This document shows positions 6,457-16,394 of a stretch of 64,000 nucleotides of DNA, in pieces. Source of the DNA: Chloracidobacterium sp. (lineage in GTDB: Bacteria > Acidobacteriota > Blastocatellia > Pyrinomonadales > Pyrinomonadaceae); NCBI GenBank assembly GCA_016712045.1, contig JADJRV010000020.1, positions 866 through 64,865 on the forward strand. Reading direction: 5' to 3'. The notes below the pieces were generated by a model that was given only the letters and a program-made list of their open reading frames with translations, had not been told where the DNA came from and made no database searches. The position numbers were made by a program, and so were the translations under genes. Every line of letters begins with the position of its first letter. The first letter of the stretch is position 1.

Positions 6457-8577
6457 ATGATGGTCGCGATGCTGCTATCTAGTTCGTCGTTTGCATTTGC
6501 GAACTTTGACGAGGGGATGTTTGCCCCCGCACAGATCGCATCGCTGCCGCTTTTGAAACGCGGCATGCGGATCAAGCCGATCGACATTTACAATCCAAAA
6601 GGGGTCGGTCTGACCGATGCGATTATTAGGCTCGACAGCGGATGTACGGCCGAATTTGTCTCGGCCGACGGATTGATCCTTACAAATCACCACTGCGGAT
6701 TTGACGCTCTTGTTCAGGCATCGACTCCTGATAAGGATCTTGTCGAAACAGGATTTAACGCCGGCAGCCGTGCGGGTGAGATCACAGCAAAAGATTACTC
6801 GATCACGCTCACGCAGCGTATCGAAGATGTGACTGCTAAGGTCAAAGCCGGAACCGCCGCCTTGACCGGCGAAGCTCTTGCCGCCGCGATCAAGAAAAAT
6901 ACCGACGACCTCACCGCCGCTGAACAGGCTGCGGCACCAAAAGGCTCGACCATCCGTATCCAGGCGATCGACAGCGGTTATTTTTACTATCTCTATCAGA
7001 CCGCTCAGGTCAAAGACATCCGCGTCGTCTATGCCCCGCCACGCAACATCGGCGTATTTGGCGGCGACCCGGACAATTTTGAATGGACGCGTCACACGGG
7101 CGATTTCACGTTCTTGAGAGCGTATGTTGCTCCGGACGGATCGCCGGCTGAGTATTCGCCGAGCAATGTGCCTTTCAAACCAAAGAAATTCCTTACGATG
7201 AATATCGGCGGCCTTAAGGATAACGATTTTGTCTTTGTTCTCGGTTTCCCGGGCGGCACAACGCGTTACCGCGAAAGCTGGTCGATCGAATATGCCCGTG
7301 ACGCCAACTTCCCTTTCCTGGGTAAATGGCTCCGCACATTGGCCGATACGCTGCGTCTGATCGGTTCGACCGATGATGAGAAACGGATCAAGTTTCAATC
7401 GGATATCGCAAACTTTGACAACTCGTTTAAGGTTTACGACGGCGGTGCACTACGTCTCCGTCACGCCAAGGTTGTCGAAGCCCGTCAGGCTGAGGAAGCA
7501 AAGCTTGCCGCCTGGATAGCCGCTAATCCGGCCCGCGACGCAAAATACGGCACGGTAATACCTGAGTTAAAAGCTCTGTCGCTTGAGACAAATGCAGCGT
7601 CCAAGCGAGACGCTATGGTACGTCGTTTCCCTGATCCAAATTCGATGCCGGTTCTCGGCCAGATGGTCGCGGCAGCCATGTCGATCAAGGCCGGTCGTAA
7701 GCTGACCGGTGACCAAAAGAAAGCTAAGAAAGCCGATATCGAAAAGGCATTTGCCGAACGTGAGCCTGTTTACGAAGCCGAGATGCTCAAGTTCTTTTTC
7801 AAGCAGTTTGACTCTCTGCCGGCAAATCAGCGTTTCTTTGCCGCCGACCAGAAATTTGCCGGATTGACCGGAAAGGCTCGTCGTGCACCTGAGGCAGCAT
7901 TTGCCAACGAGATCGCAAACGGTGAATTTACCAAGCCCGACAAGATCGCCGATCTCTATGACGATTCGTGGGCAAAATTCCAGAAAGACCATCCGTTCGT
8001 TGCCGGTTTGGTTGACGAGCGTGCTGCTCTCGCTGCTCGCGGAGCCAAATTTAACGCAAGTATCGATCGTCTGCGTCAGAATTATATGGCGGCGATGTTT
8101 GAGATGCGAACGAAATCGCCTTATCCGGACGCCAATTTCACGATGCGTTTTTCATACGGCAACGTCAAAGGCTATCAGCCCCGCGAAGCCGAGATCCGCA
8201 CACCGTTCACGACCATCAAGGGCATGATCGAGAAAAATACCGGCGTCAATCCGTTTGACGTGCCGCAAAAGATGATCGACCTGCAAAACGCCAAAGACTT
8301 TGGCCGATACGGCCAGGGCGACAGCGTTGTGGTCAATTTCCTCTCGACCACCGACATCATCGGCGGCAACTCCGGCTCGCCCATCCTCAACGGCGACGGC
8401 CATCAGGTCGGCATTTGTTTCGACGGCAACTATGAGGGGCTCGGCAACGATTTCTACTACGACCCGGACGTTAACCGTACGATCTCAGTGGATATCCGCT
8501 TTGTCTTATTCGTCACCGAAAAATTTGGCGGAGCCAAGTGGGTCGTTGATGAAATGAAAGTAGTCGGCAAGAAGTAA
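6457..8577 (+). CDS. S46 family serine peptidase (dipeptidyl-peptidase 7/11-like)
   Basis: 706 aa with DEGMF after the signal region, TNHHCG (catalytic His) and IIGGNSGSPILN (catalytic Ser). A better start (ATG 6422, AGAGGA upstream, MKFKNNRFQRSR) is one frame off, which suggests a 1-nt indel near 6455. Confidence 0.9.
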   Translation: MMVAMLLSSSSFAFANFDEGMFAPAQIASLPLLKRGMRIKPIDIYNPKGVGLTDAIIRLDSGCTAEFVSADGLILTNHHCGFDALVQASTPDKDLVETGFNAGSRAGEITAKDYSITLTQRIEDVTAKVKAGTAALTGEALAAAIKKNTDDLTAAEQAAAPKGSTIRIQAIDSGYFYYLYQTAQVKDIRVVYAPPRNIGVFGGDPDNFEWTRHTGDFTFLRAYVAPDGSPAEYSPSNVPFKPKKFLTMNIGGLKDNDFVFVLGFPGGTTRYRESWSIEYARDANFPFLGKWLRTLADTLRLIGSTDDEKRIKFQSDIANFDNSFKVYDGGALRLRHAKVVEARQAEEAKLAAWIAANPARDAKYGTVIPELKALSLETNAASKRDAMVRRFPDPNSMPVLGQMVAAAMSIKAGRKLTGDQKKAKKADIEKAFAEREPVYEAEMLKFFFKQFDSLPANQRFFAADQKFAGLTGKARRAPEAAFANEIANGEFTKPDKIADLYDDSWAKFQKDHPFVAGLVDERAALAARGAKFNASIDRLRQNYMAAMFEMRTKSPYPDANFTMRFSYGNVKGYQPREAEIRTPFTTIKGMIEKNTGVNPFDVPQKMIDLQNAKDFGRYGQGDSVVVNFLSTTDIIGGNSGSPILNGDGHQVGICFDGNYEGLGNDFYYDPDVNRTISVDIRFVLFVTEKFGGAKWVVDEMKVVGKK

Positions 8578-8581
8578 GTTA

Positions 8582-8656
8582 GCCCACGAAATACACGAAA
8601 GGCACGAAACTAAGAGCAAGTCTCTTTATTTCGTGCCTTTCGTGTATTTCGTGGGC
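8582..8656. repeat. perfect 28-bp inverted repeat (likely bidirectional terminator) built of CACGAAA words
   Basis: Left arm GCCCACGAAATACACGAAAGGCACGAAA (8582-8609) is the exact reverse complement of 8629-8656. The 19-nt loop itself contains AGAG...CTCT. Located between convergent S46 and mtgA. Confidence 0.85.
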
Positions 8657-8662
8657 AATTTC

Positions 8663-9475
8663 TTATTTATCGGAATAGTCGAGTTTTATCGAATTCATAC
8701 CACGCAGAATGACCCGCTGTCGGCGGACGACGCGTTTTTTGTTTTTGGCGGGATTGAATACGTTTAGCGGCGATGGGATCATTGCCGAGAGGAAAGCGGC
8801 TTCGTCTTTGGTGAGGTCTGAGGCAGATTTTTTGAAATAGTTGCGAGCGGCTGCCTCGGCACCGTAGATGCCGTCGCCCCACTCGATGACGTTGAGATAG
8901 ATCTCGAGGATGCGTTTTTTGGTAAGCTCGCGTTCGAGAAAATAGGTATAGACGGCCTCGCGGCCTTTGCGTAAGAAATTGCGGTCTTCGGATAAGAAAA
9001 GGTTTTTTGAAAGCTGCTGTGTGACGGTCGAGGCTCCACGTTTGAAACTAGGCATTGACGGGATCCAGTCTTCCGGGTTAGGCTTGCAGTCTTTTTCGGA
9101 GTATTCGCGGCCTTTTGCCTCTTCCTCACATTCCTGCTTATCTTCCTTTTTACCTTCTTCGACCGCTTCGTCCCAGGCTTTCTGGATCGCGTCCCAGTCA
9201 AAACCGTTGTGCTGAAAAAAACCTTGCGTCTTCACCCGCAAGCACTGCACGCTGGAAATTTGGGCTGATCTGTTCGATGGGCATCCAGATCATAAATTTC
9301 CTCGGCTCGCGACCCTCGGCCTCGCTTCGGACAAGCGAAATTCGATCATCGACGAAGTCGTCGGATTTTCATCCCGCAGCCGCGAGATCGCCGGAAACGT
9401 TACAACCTCATACCCCAGCCAAACAACGACTGCTCCGACAAAGACGAGGAAAATAATTTTTGTCCAGTACCACAT
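8663..9475 (-). pseudogene. mtgA: monofunctional peptidoglycan glycosyltransferase (GT51), frame disrupted twice
   Basis: N-terminal TM segment plus RDENPTTSSMIEF (9290-9475), a middle part in another frame (EGREPRKFMIWMPIEQISPNFQRAVLAGEDARFF), and a C-terminal part (FQHNGFDW...TQQLSKNLFLS...RKG). One break is the A7 run at 9215-9221. Confidence 0.8.
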
Positions 9476-9481
9476 ATGATC

Positions 9482-9513
9482 GAATGCATAGTGTAGAGTG
9501 CAGAATGCACAAT
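9482..9513 (+). repeat. second AATGCAC-family heptamer array
   Basis: GAATGCA TAGTGTA GAGTGCA GAATGCA CAATG. Same word family and strand as 2369-2403. Confidence 0.6.
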
Positions 9514-9525
9514 GTTAAGCCTTGA

Positions 9526-9810
9526 TCAGTTTTTCTTGGGTCTTATCGAAGCGACCAGCATCTTTTGGAGTTCGAGGCAGTCGGCGAGTAATGAGTCTGC
9601 TTGTGTTGCGGTAATAAAATCGCCGTCCTTAGAAATTACCGTCCTCCTCTTCCGATCGAAACTTGTGTACAAGTCTGATTTAGACTGTCCCGATGCCCTC
9701 GACACATTTGCACCGATGGACGTTCCCGATTTGAGGATCTGTTTAGATAGGACAAATTCTTTTGTTTCAATAGCAAGATATTTGTATAACTTTACCACGC
9801 GCAGAGCAAA
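9526..9810 (-). pseudogene. four-helix-bundle protein (23S rRNA intervening-sequence protein family), degenerate
   Basis: ...ALRVVKLYKYLAIETKEFVLSKQILKSGTSIGANV...QSKSD...LLADCLELQKMLVASI matches the family signature. The central helix region is frame-broken or deleted, and the N-terminus runs into a homopolymer patch. Confidence 0.55.
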
Positions 9811-9811
9811 G

Positions 9812-9855
9812 GCGGGGGGTTTTTTTTTGCGGGGTTTCCCCCTCTTTTTCCGCCG
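9812..9855. other. short G/T homopolymer-run patch (probable low-quality sequence)
   Basis: ggcggggggtttttttttgcggggtttccccctctttttcc. Same character as the tract at 20836-21295. Confidence 0.6.
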
Positions 9856-9881
9856 TGTGCAGTTGCGGTGATCCATAGGCG

Positions 9882-11149
9882 GTGATCCTGGCGGTGGTGC
9901 CGGGTCGCGTTTGTTTCCACTGACACAAGAGCGTTCGAAACCGGCCGTGCCGCTTGGCGGGACGTATCGGCTGATCGACGTGCCGGTGTCAAACTGTATC
10001 AACTCACAGATCACCCAGATCTTTGTGCTGACGCAATATAACTCGGCGTCGCTCAATCGTCACATCTCGCGGACATATCGTTTTTCGAGCTTTTCGACAG
10101 GCTTTGTCGAGGTGCTCGCGGCGGAACAGACCAAGGACAACCCGGAGTGGTTTCAGGGCACCGCTGATGCTGTGCGCCAGATGCTGCCGCACCTGCGTGA
10201 CTGGCGTGTCGATACACTGCTCATCTTATCCGGCGATCATCTTTACCGGATGGATTACCGCAATTTTCTAAAGAGGCATTTTGACACTGGAGCAGATTTG
10301 ACCGTGTCAGTAATTCCCTGCCGCCCGCAAGAGGCGGAGGAGTTTGGATTACTGAAAACAAACTCCACCGGCGAGATCGTTGAATTCAAAGAAAACCCAA
10401 GGGCGATGATCTTGAGCAAATGCGTGTCGATACGGCACGCTTTGGCTTGAGCGAGTCTGAGGCCGAGAGCCGTCCGTTTCTCGCTTCGATGGGCATCTAT
10501 GTTTTTAATTACGCTCGTTTGGTCGAGTTGCTTGAGACCGATAATTCATGGGTAGATTTTGGCCGCGAGATAATCCCCGCGGCGATCGAAAAAATACACC
10601 GTTCAAGCTCATTTATTTAAGGAGTATTGGGAAGACATTGGGACGATCGGCGCGTTTTACGAGGCTAATCTTGACCTCGCGTCCCCGTTGCCAAAATTCA
10701 ATTTCTTTGACGCGTCCGCCCCTATCTACACGCGCAGCCGCTATCTGCCGCCGTCAAAACTCAATAGCTGCGATATCGACAATTCGATGGTCAGCGAGGG
10801 CAGTATCCTGAGCGGCGTTAGGGCACGCGGCTCGATCATTGGCCTCCGCAGCCGCATCGATGCGGGTGTCGATATTGATAGGTCGATAATTATGGGTTCG
10901 GATGTGTTTGAAACGATCGACGAGATCCGGGCAAATATCGCCAACGGCAAGCCTCATATCGGGATCGGCCAAAACGTGACGATCAGCAAAGCGATCATCG
11001 ATAAAAATGTACGTATCGGAAATAATGTCAGGCTGGTAAACCGCGAGAATATCGAAAATTTTGACGCTCCCGACGGCTCTTATTACATCCGCGAGGGCAT
11101 CATCATCGTGCCAAAAGGCGGTATCATCAAGGACGGCACCGAGATCTAA
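9882..11149 (+). pseudogene. glgC: glucose-1-phosphate adenylyltransferase, split over several frames
   Basis: [39 protein letters not shown]..., then [12 protein letters not shown]...ASMGIYVFN, then YWEDIGTIGAFYEANL...PIYTRSRYLPPSK. Changing AA to AAA at 10399-10400 restores [17 protein letters not shown]. Confidence 0.85.
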
Positions 11150-12324
11150 CGGCTGCCGGACCCGCTTATTTTGGTCTTTTTCGGTACGATGTAGCCGTCG
11201 CGGGTACGAACGACGACACCTTCGCGATCGACCTTTACCTTAATGCTAGTCTTCTTTCCGGCGGTTCGGTCTTCCTTCGGATAATACCCAAGACTATAAA
11301 ATTCGCGTAGCTCGCTAGCGATCTTAGAGTATGCGTCCGCAAGGTTGGTCAGCGTTGTTGCTTCGTACAAACGGCCGCCCGTTCGGAATGCAAGCTGGCC
11401 GAGATACTCTTTGGCCTTTTCGTATTCCTCGACACTTGTTCCGGCTCCGCTCGGCGTACCAACGCCACCCGACTGCATTATAGTGCCCTAAAATGCCGCC
11501 GTTATCCTGCCCGGGGATCTGTATGGGCGGCGGCTTTTGATGATGCTGCCGTTCTTCATCTTTTGCACGTCGGCAAACGTGTCGTATCGCACCACGTATA
11601 TCAACGCATCAAGCTCCATCGAATCGCTGACGTTGTCGTTATATGTGCTCTGGCGGCTGGTCGTATCGACGCCGTCGGAAAATAAAATGATCGCCTTTCG
11701 CCCCTGTATGTTGCGGAGCTTTTTGTTCATCGCGAGAGACACCGCCTCGTAAAGACTTGTCCCCGTAGCGATCTTGGTTGATTTGATCGCACGATAAATG
11801 GTCTGACGGTCGTTGGTGGCATCACAAAGCACGTGCACCTCTTCGTCAAATGAGATCACCATCACCTTGTCGTTTGGCCGGAGCTGATCAATAAACGCGA
11901 TCGCCGCATTTTGGATCTCGCTGATCTTAAAGGTTGTCGAATAGCTCATATCGAGGACCAGTGCGACCGTAAAAGGCTCATGCTCATTTGAGAAAAGCCC
12001 GATCTCTTGGTCTTTGCCGTCCTCGGTGACCTTAAAATTTTCTTTTGTCAGCCCCCCGATAAAGCGGCCTCTTTTATCCATCACGCGGACCGGAACTGAA
12101 ACAAGTTGGGTTGTGACCTTAATGATCTCGCCGTCATCAACGGTTATTTTGTCGTCAGAAAGTGGAACGTCCTCAGGAACAGGCGTGGGCGTCGCGACGG
12201 GCTCGACGGGGCGTTTATTGGCTTTTTCACCAGTTTTGGGCTGCGGACGAGTGGACTGGGCGATCGTCCCGCTCACAAAGAACAATACCAATAAGCAAGA
12301 AAAAATTGACAAGGCTACTTTCAT
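11146..12324 (-). pseudogene. VWFA-related acidobacterial-type secreted protein, frame disrupted near 11480-11520
   Basis: Signal peptide, then the VWA core (FTVALVLDMSYST...VISFDEEVHVL...GTSLYEAV...ILFSDGVDT), with the C-terminal domain in another ORF (11146-11478). Paralogous to the next gene. Confidence 0.75.
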
Positions 12325-12380
12325 TGAAATTAAATCGAATTCGAAGTAATTCTACGATGCGATATCCCTATTAAAAAGAT

Positions 12381-12425
12381 GCAAAACGAAAAAGGGGAAA
12401 GCTCTACGAACTTTCCCTTTCTTTT
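12381..12425 (-). terminator. rho-independent terminator after the upstream VWA gene
   Basis: Minus sense: GGGAAAG-ttcgtagag-CTTTCCC followed by CTTTTTCGTTTTG. Confidence 0.45.
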
Positions 12426-12440
12426 GCTTTTGATCGCTTA

Positions 12441-13652
12441 TTATTTGCCCGCGACGTTGCGGTTGGTCTGGCCGACAATGTAGCTCGTCTTGGCTCGTAC
12501 GACTACATTTTGTCTCAAGACGCGGATCTTGATCTGCTTGCGGTCGCCGGCTTTACCGACGGCCTCGGGATAATATCCGAGCGAATACTGGCGACGAAGC
12601 TCCTCTGCAATACCAGAAAATGCAGATTCGACGTTGTACAGGGATTGAGCCTCGAACTTTCGCCCGCCGCTATTTTGAGCGAGTGCCTCAAGATATGTGC
12701 GGCCGGTCTCGTATTCTTTTGCACTCGCTCCGCCACCTCGGCCTCCGCTGCCAACATTTACACTGCCGCCCATTAGGATAGACGCCAGAATATCGCCAAA
12801 GGTGACCTTACCCGTTCGACGGGGCTGCGGATTGTTGCCGCCTCCGCCACCGTTGCCCCAACCGCCGCCATTCATGTCGCGAGAGGTGTCGTATCTGATC
12901 GTGTAAAAAAGAGCATCGACCTCCTCGGACTCACGCAATGTGCTGGCATAGTTAGCACCTCTCGATGTCGTATCGACGCCATCGGAGAAAAGTACGACCG
13001 CTTTGCGGCCCTGTATTTGCCGCAGCTGGTTGTCGATGACGTAATTGACCGCTTCATAAAGGCTCGTGCCATCACCAAACTCAAGCTGCCTGATAGCGTT
13101 TTTGAGCTGGTAGCGATTGTTGGTCGCCGGCGTCAAAACATGTACACTCTCGTCGAATGAGATCACCATCACGCGGTCGGCCGGACGAAGTTGGTCGACA
13201 AATGCACTTGCCGCATCCTGGATCTCGCCGATCTTGAACTGGGTCGAGGGGCTAACATCTATCAGCAAGATGACCGTAAACGGTTGCTCAACCGACTGAA
13301 AATAATCCAGTTTTTGCTCAACGCCATTCTCAAATATCTTAAAATCGTTTTGCTGCAAACCCGAGATAAAACGTCCGTCGCGGTCGAGCACCGATACCGG
13401 CATTGTCACGAGATTAGTCTCGACACGGATGATCTCGTCGTCACCTGTTGCTGGCGTAGGAGTTGGAGCCGGACGGTTATTACCGCCGATCAGAACCGGC
13501 GGGCCGGATGGCGTCGAATTAACGTAAGTGTCATTACCAAGCGTAGGCGGTGTCGCCGTCGGCGAGACGCGGCCGTGTAGAGGTATTTCCTGAGAAAATG
13601 CTCCAACTACAAGCATCGCTATGGTCATTACGGAGGCGGTAAAATTTTTCAT
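12441..13652 (-). CDS. VWFA-related acidobacterial-type secreted protein
   Basis: Signal peptide MKNFTASVMTIAMLVVGAFS (ATG 13652 with GGAGAA upstream). VWA core FTVILLIDVSPST...GTSLYEAV...VLFSDGVDT. Gly-rich linker, and a conserved C-terminal YSLGYYP...V.VR domain. Confidence 0.85.
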   Translation of the reverse strand: MKNFTASVMTIAMLVVGAFSQEIPLHGRVSPTATPPTLGNDTYVNSTPSGPPVLIGGNNRPAPTPTPATGDDEIIRVETNLVTMPVSVLDRDGRFISGLQQNDFKIFENGVEQKLDYFQSVEQPFTVILLIDVSPSTQFKIGEIQDAASAFVDQLRPADRVMVISFDESVHVLTPATNNRYQLKNAIRQLEFGDGTSLYEAVNYVIDNQLRQIQGRKAVVLFSDGVDTTSRGANYASTLRESEEVDALFYTIRYDTSRDMNGGGWGNGGGGGNNPQPRRTGKVTFGDILASILMGGSVNVGSGGRGGGASAKEYETGRTYLEALAQNSGGRKFEAQSLYNVESAFSGIAEELRRQYSLGYYPEAVGKAGDRKQIKIRVLRQNVVVRAKTSYIVGQTNRNVAGK

Positions 13653-13726
13653 CGACGCGTATTCTCCAGCCAAAAGTCAATATGTGGGAAAGCGACGTTT
13701 TGATTAGAATACACCCGTTTTCGTTG

Positions 13727-14844
13727 CTAAGAATTTTTGTCTAGATATTCGATCGCCAGATCGTGAAAACGGCGGCGGACGGCGTTGATATTTTCAAACG
13801 GCAGAGCCTGGTTGTGCGTGCGGTTAGTGAGCAGAATAAAAACACGCTCTTTGACCGGATCGATCCACAGGCTCGTACCCGTAAACCCAAGATGCCCAAA
13901 GCTTTCGGGTGACATTCGAGTCCCTGCCGTCGAGTCAGGCGTCGATGCAAGCTGAAATGCAAATGAACGATGTTCGTTCATTCCAAGCGTAAAATTTGTG
14001 CGAAAAAGCTCGCAAGTCTCGGGCTTTAACAGAGTCGTATAATTTGGTAGAAACTGCTGTGCGATCTTAAAAGTCTCTTCGGCAGTCGAAAACAGCCCGG
14101 CGTGTCCTGCGAAACCACCCATAAATAATGAGCATTGTTGTCGTGGACTTCACCCCAAATCAGCTCGGTTCGGGAAAGGATCTTCAGAATTTAGCTGAGC
14201 GGGTTCGTGGAAGTAACCGTGCTCCACACATCTGCTTTTCGTACAAGTTTCCTTTCTCGCTTGCGGCTGTCTGAACCTCAAAACCTTCAGGAACACCCAT
14301 TGCAAAAGTATCTCGACAATCGAGCGACTCGTGAAAAAGTTCCTCCGCGTGTTTCCAAAGCGGCCGGTGATTAAGTCGATGATGGTTCCGAGAATGATGT
14401 AATTGAGATCGCTGTAAAGCACCTGCTTTCAGGCTCCCCCAACAGACTCGCGATCGGTTGACGGACCTCATACGGCGATTCAGTCAGATAATAAAGGGTG
14501 ATCCAGGCAGGAAGACCGGAAACATGGCAGGCGAGGTCGGCGATCGACGGTTGAAGTGCACGATTGTCGAATTCAGAGACCCAACGACCGATTGGATCAT
14601 CCAGCCCCACAACTTGCTGCTCGACCAGTCTCGCGAATAAAAGTCCGGTAACCAGTGGCTTCGTCAAACTCGCCAGATCATAGATCGTATCCTTTTTAGC
14701 CTCGATCCGCTCGGGTTCGACGACTGCGTAGCCGAGAGCCTCATGCACGACGATCTCGCCTTTTTCCGCGACGAGAAAGACGGCTGACGGAAAATCCCCG
14801 GCTTCGATACGTTCATTCAAAAATGTTGCTATCTCGTTACGCAC
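13727..14844 (-). pseudogene. beta-lactamase-family serine hydrolase, split over three ORFs
   Basis: S-x-x-K motif (DLASLTKPLV) in 14371-14844. YSDLNYIILG in the middle fragment. GHLGFTGTSLWIDP in 13727-14122. Confidence 0.75.
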
Positions 14845-14857
14845 TTTCTTACCTTAA

Positions 14858-14886
14858 TTGACATGGCCTATGTGTGTAAATAGACT
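14858..14886 (+). promoter_or_regulatory. candidate sigma-70-type promoter (TTGACA-N17-TAGACT)
   Basis: TTGACA at 14858-14863, a 17-nt spacer, then TAGACT at 14881-14886. This is about 35 nt upstream of the ATG at 14922. Confidence 0.3.
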
Positions 14887-14921
14887 TGTGAAATAAATCA
14901 ACTTTGGAGGTATTTAATACG

Positions 14922-15362
14922 ATGTCAACAAAAGCCGAATCGGCCGATCTGATAATGAAACTTTACGACCTTCGCCGCGAAGCGTTCCATGCGAAAGGCC
15001 CGTGACTGGATGTTCACTTTTAACCCCACGAGTGCCGAGGAATACATGAAAACCATGATGGACCCCGAAGTCGGCGGTTACTTGCGAATGGTGACGTCGT
15101 ACTGGGATATGGCGGCAACATTTGTCAATCGGGGGCGATCGATGCAGAGATGTTCAACCAAACGGCCGGCGAGCACATGATGGTCTTCGCTAAGGTCGAG
15201 CCGTTCTTAGATGAGCTGCGAACGATGTGGCAAGCCCCCGAGGCAATGGCCAATCTCGAAAAGGTCATCATGGATGCCCCAGATGGTCCCGAACGTTTGA
15301 AAAGGACCCAGGAATGGATGAAATCAATGGCCGCTCCACAAGCCGGAGAGGCGGCCGCCTAG
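14922..15362 (+). pseudogene. conserved hypothetical protein, split over three frames
   Basis: GGAGG upstream of ATG 14922 (MSTKAESADLIMKLYDLRREA...). Continues as MRKARDWMFTFNP... and then ...MFNQTAGEHMMVFAKVEPFLDEL.... No family name assigned. Confidence 0.45.
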
Positions 15363-16295
15363 ACGTCCAACCGCAGACGGTGAGCTTCGATCTTGTCGAG
15401 CACGCCGACCGCCAAACTCAACGCCCGCCGTCCATCTTCACCCGAGATGGGAGGCGGCGTTTTATTTTCGAGACAATCCAGAAATGCAGTGATCTCGGCC
15501 CGCAGCGGTTCGATGTCGTTGATCTCTAAGCGATTGATCGAGATACCAGCCAGCGGATGGGCCGCCTCGGGGTTGAGCGAGGTCACGGACGCGAATTTTG
15601 TCGCGTAGTCCAGCACAACGTACGAATTGGTTTGATAAAAGCGAGTTTTGCGGATCTTTTCGGTGCCGATGCGAGAAGCCGTAATATTCGCAACGGTGCC
15701 ATTCTCAAATTCGATCCGCGCATTTGCCGCATCGACCTTGTCCGAAATAACCGGAATGCCGACAGCCCTGATCTCAGAAACTTTGACATCGCCGACCAGC
15801 CACTGTATCGCGTCGAGATCGTGGATCATCACGTCGAGCACGACATCGACATCGAGCGAGCGATTGGGAAAAGGCGAGACACGGTGGATCTCAAAATACA
15901 GCGGCCGCGTGACGTGCGGACGCAGTGCGACCATCGCCGGATTGAACCGTTCGAGTTGGCCGACCATTAGAGTCGCCCCTGATCTTTCAGCAGCGGCGAT
16001 CATCTTATCGGCTTCGCCAAGCGTAAGTGCGATCGGCTTTTCGACCAGGGCAATGTGTCTCGGTCGGCGTCGCTATCGAAACAGCATCAACCATACCAAG
16101 CAGATCGTGCCAGTCTGTGAAGTGATCGCAACCATGGCTAGAGCCGATCTGTGCCGCCGTCTCAGAGCTCGAATCGCACACGCCGACTAGATCCACACGT
16201 CCCTCGGCGGCAAGCTCCGCATAGTTACGGGCATGATGCCGCCCCAGGCTACCGACACCGATCGCCGCTACTCGTAATTTTCCATTCTCGCCCAT
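15359..16295 (-). pseudogene. Gfo/Idh/MocA family oxidoreductase, one frame break near 16000-16080
   Basis: N-terminal Rossmann motif LRVAAIGVGSLGRHHARNY. The C-terminal dimerisation domain lies in ORF 15359-16003. Confidence 0.8.
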
Positions 16296-16394
16296 AATTT
16301 GATAACAAGCTGTTTTTCAGCAATACTTTACATTCTCATTTAAGAACGTGGAAATTACAAAGCCCGACACAGCCATCTTACTCCGTACCCAAAT

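Noticed and set aside
6475-7398. 307-aa ORF antisense to the S46 peptidase gene.
   Set aside because: It lies entirely inside a well-supported 706-aa peptidase ORF on the other strand. It has no recognisable motifs and an Arg-rich shadow-ORF composition.
9526-10056. 176-aa ORF taken as one protein.
   Set aside because: It is a chimera. The C-terminal part is the degenerate four-helix-bundle gene, the middle is a homopolymer patch (KKRGKPRKKKPP), and the N-terminal part is antisense to the glgC 5' region.
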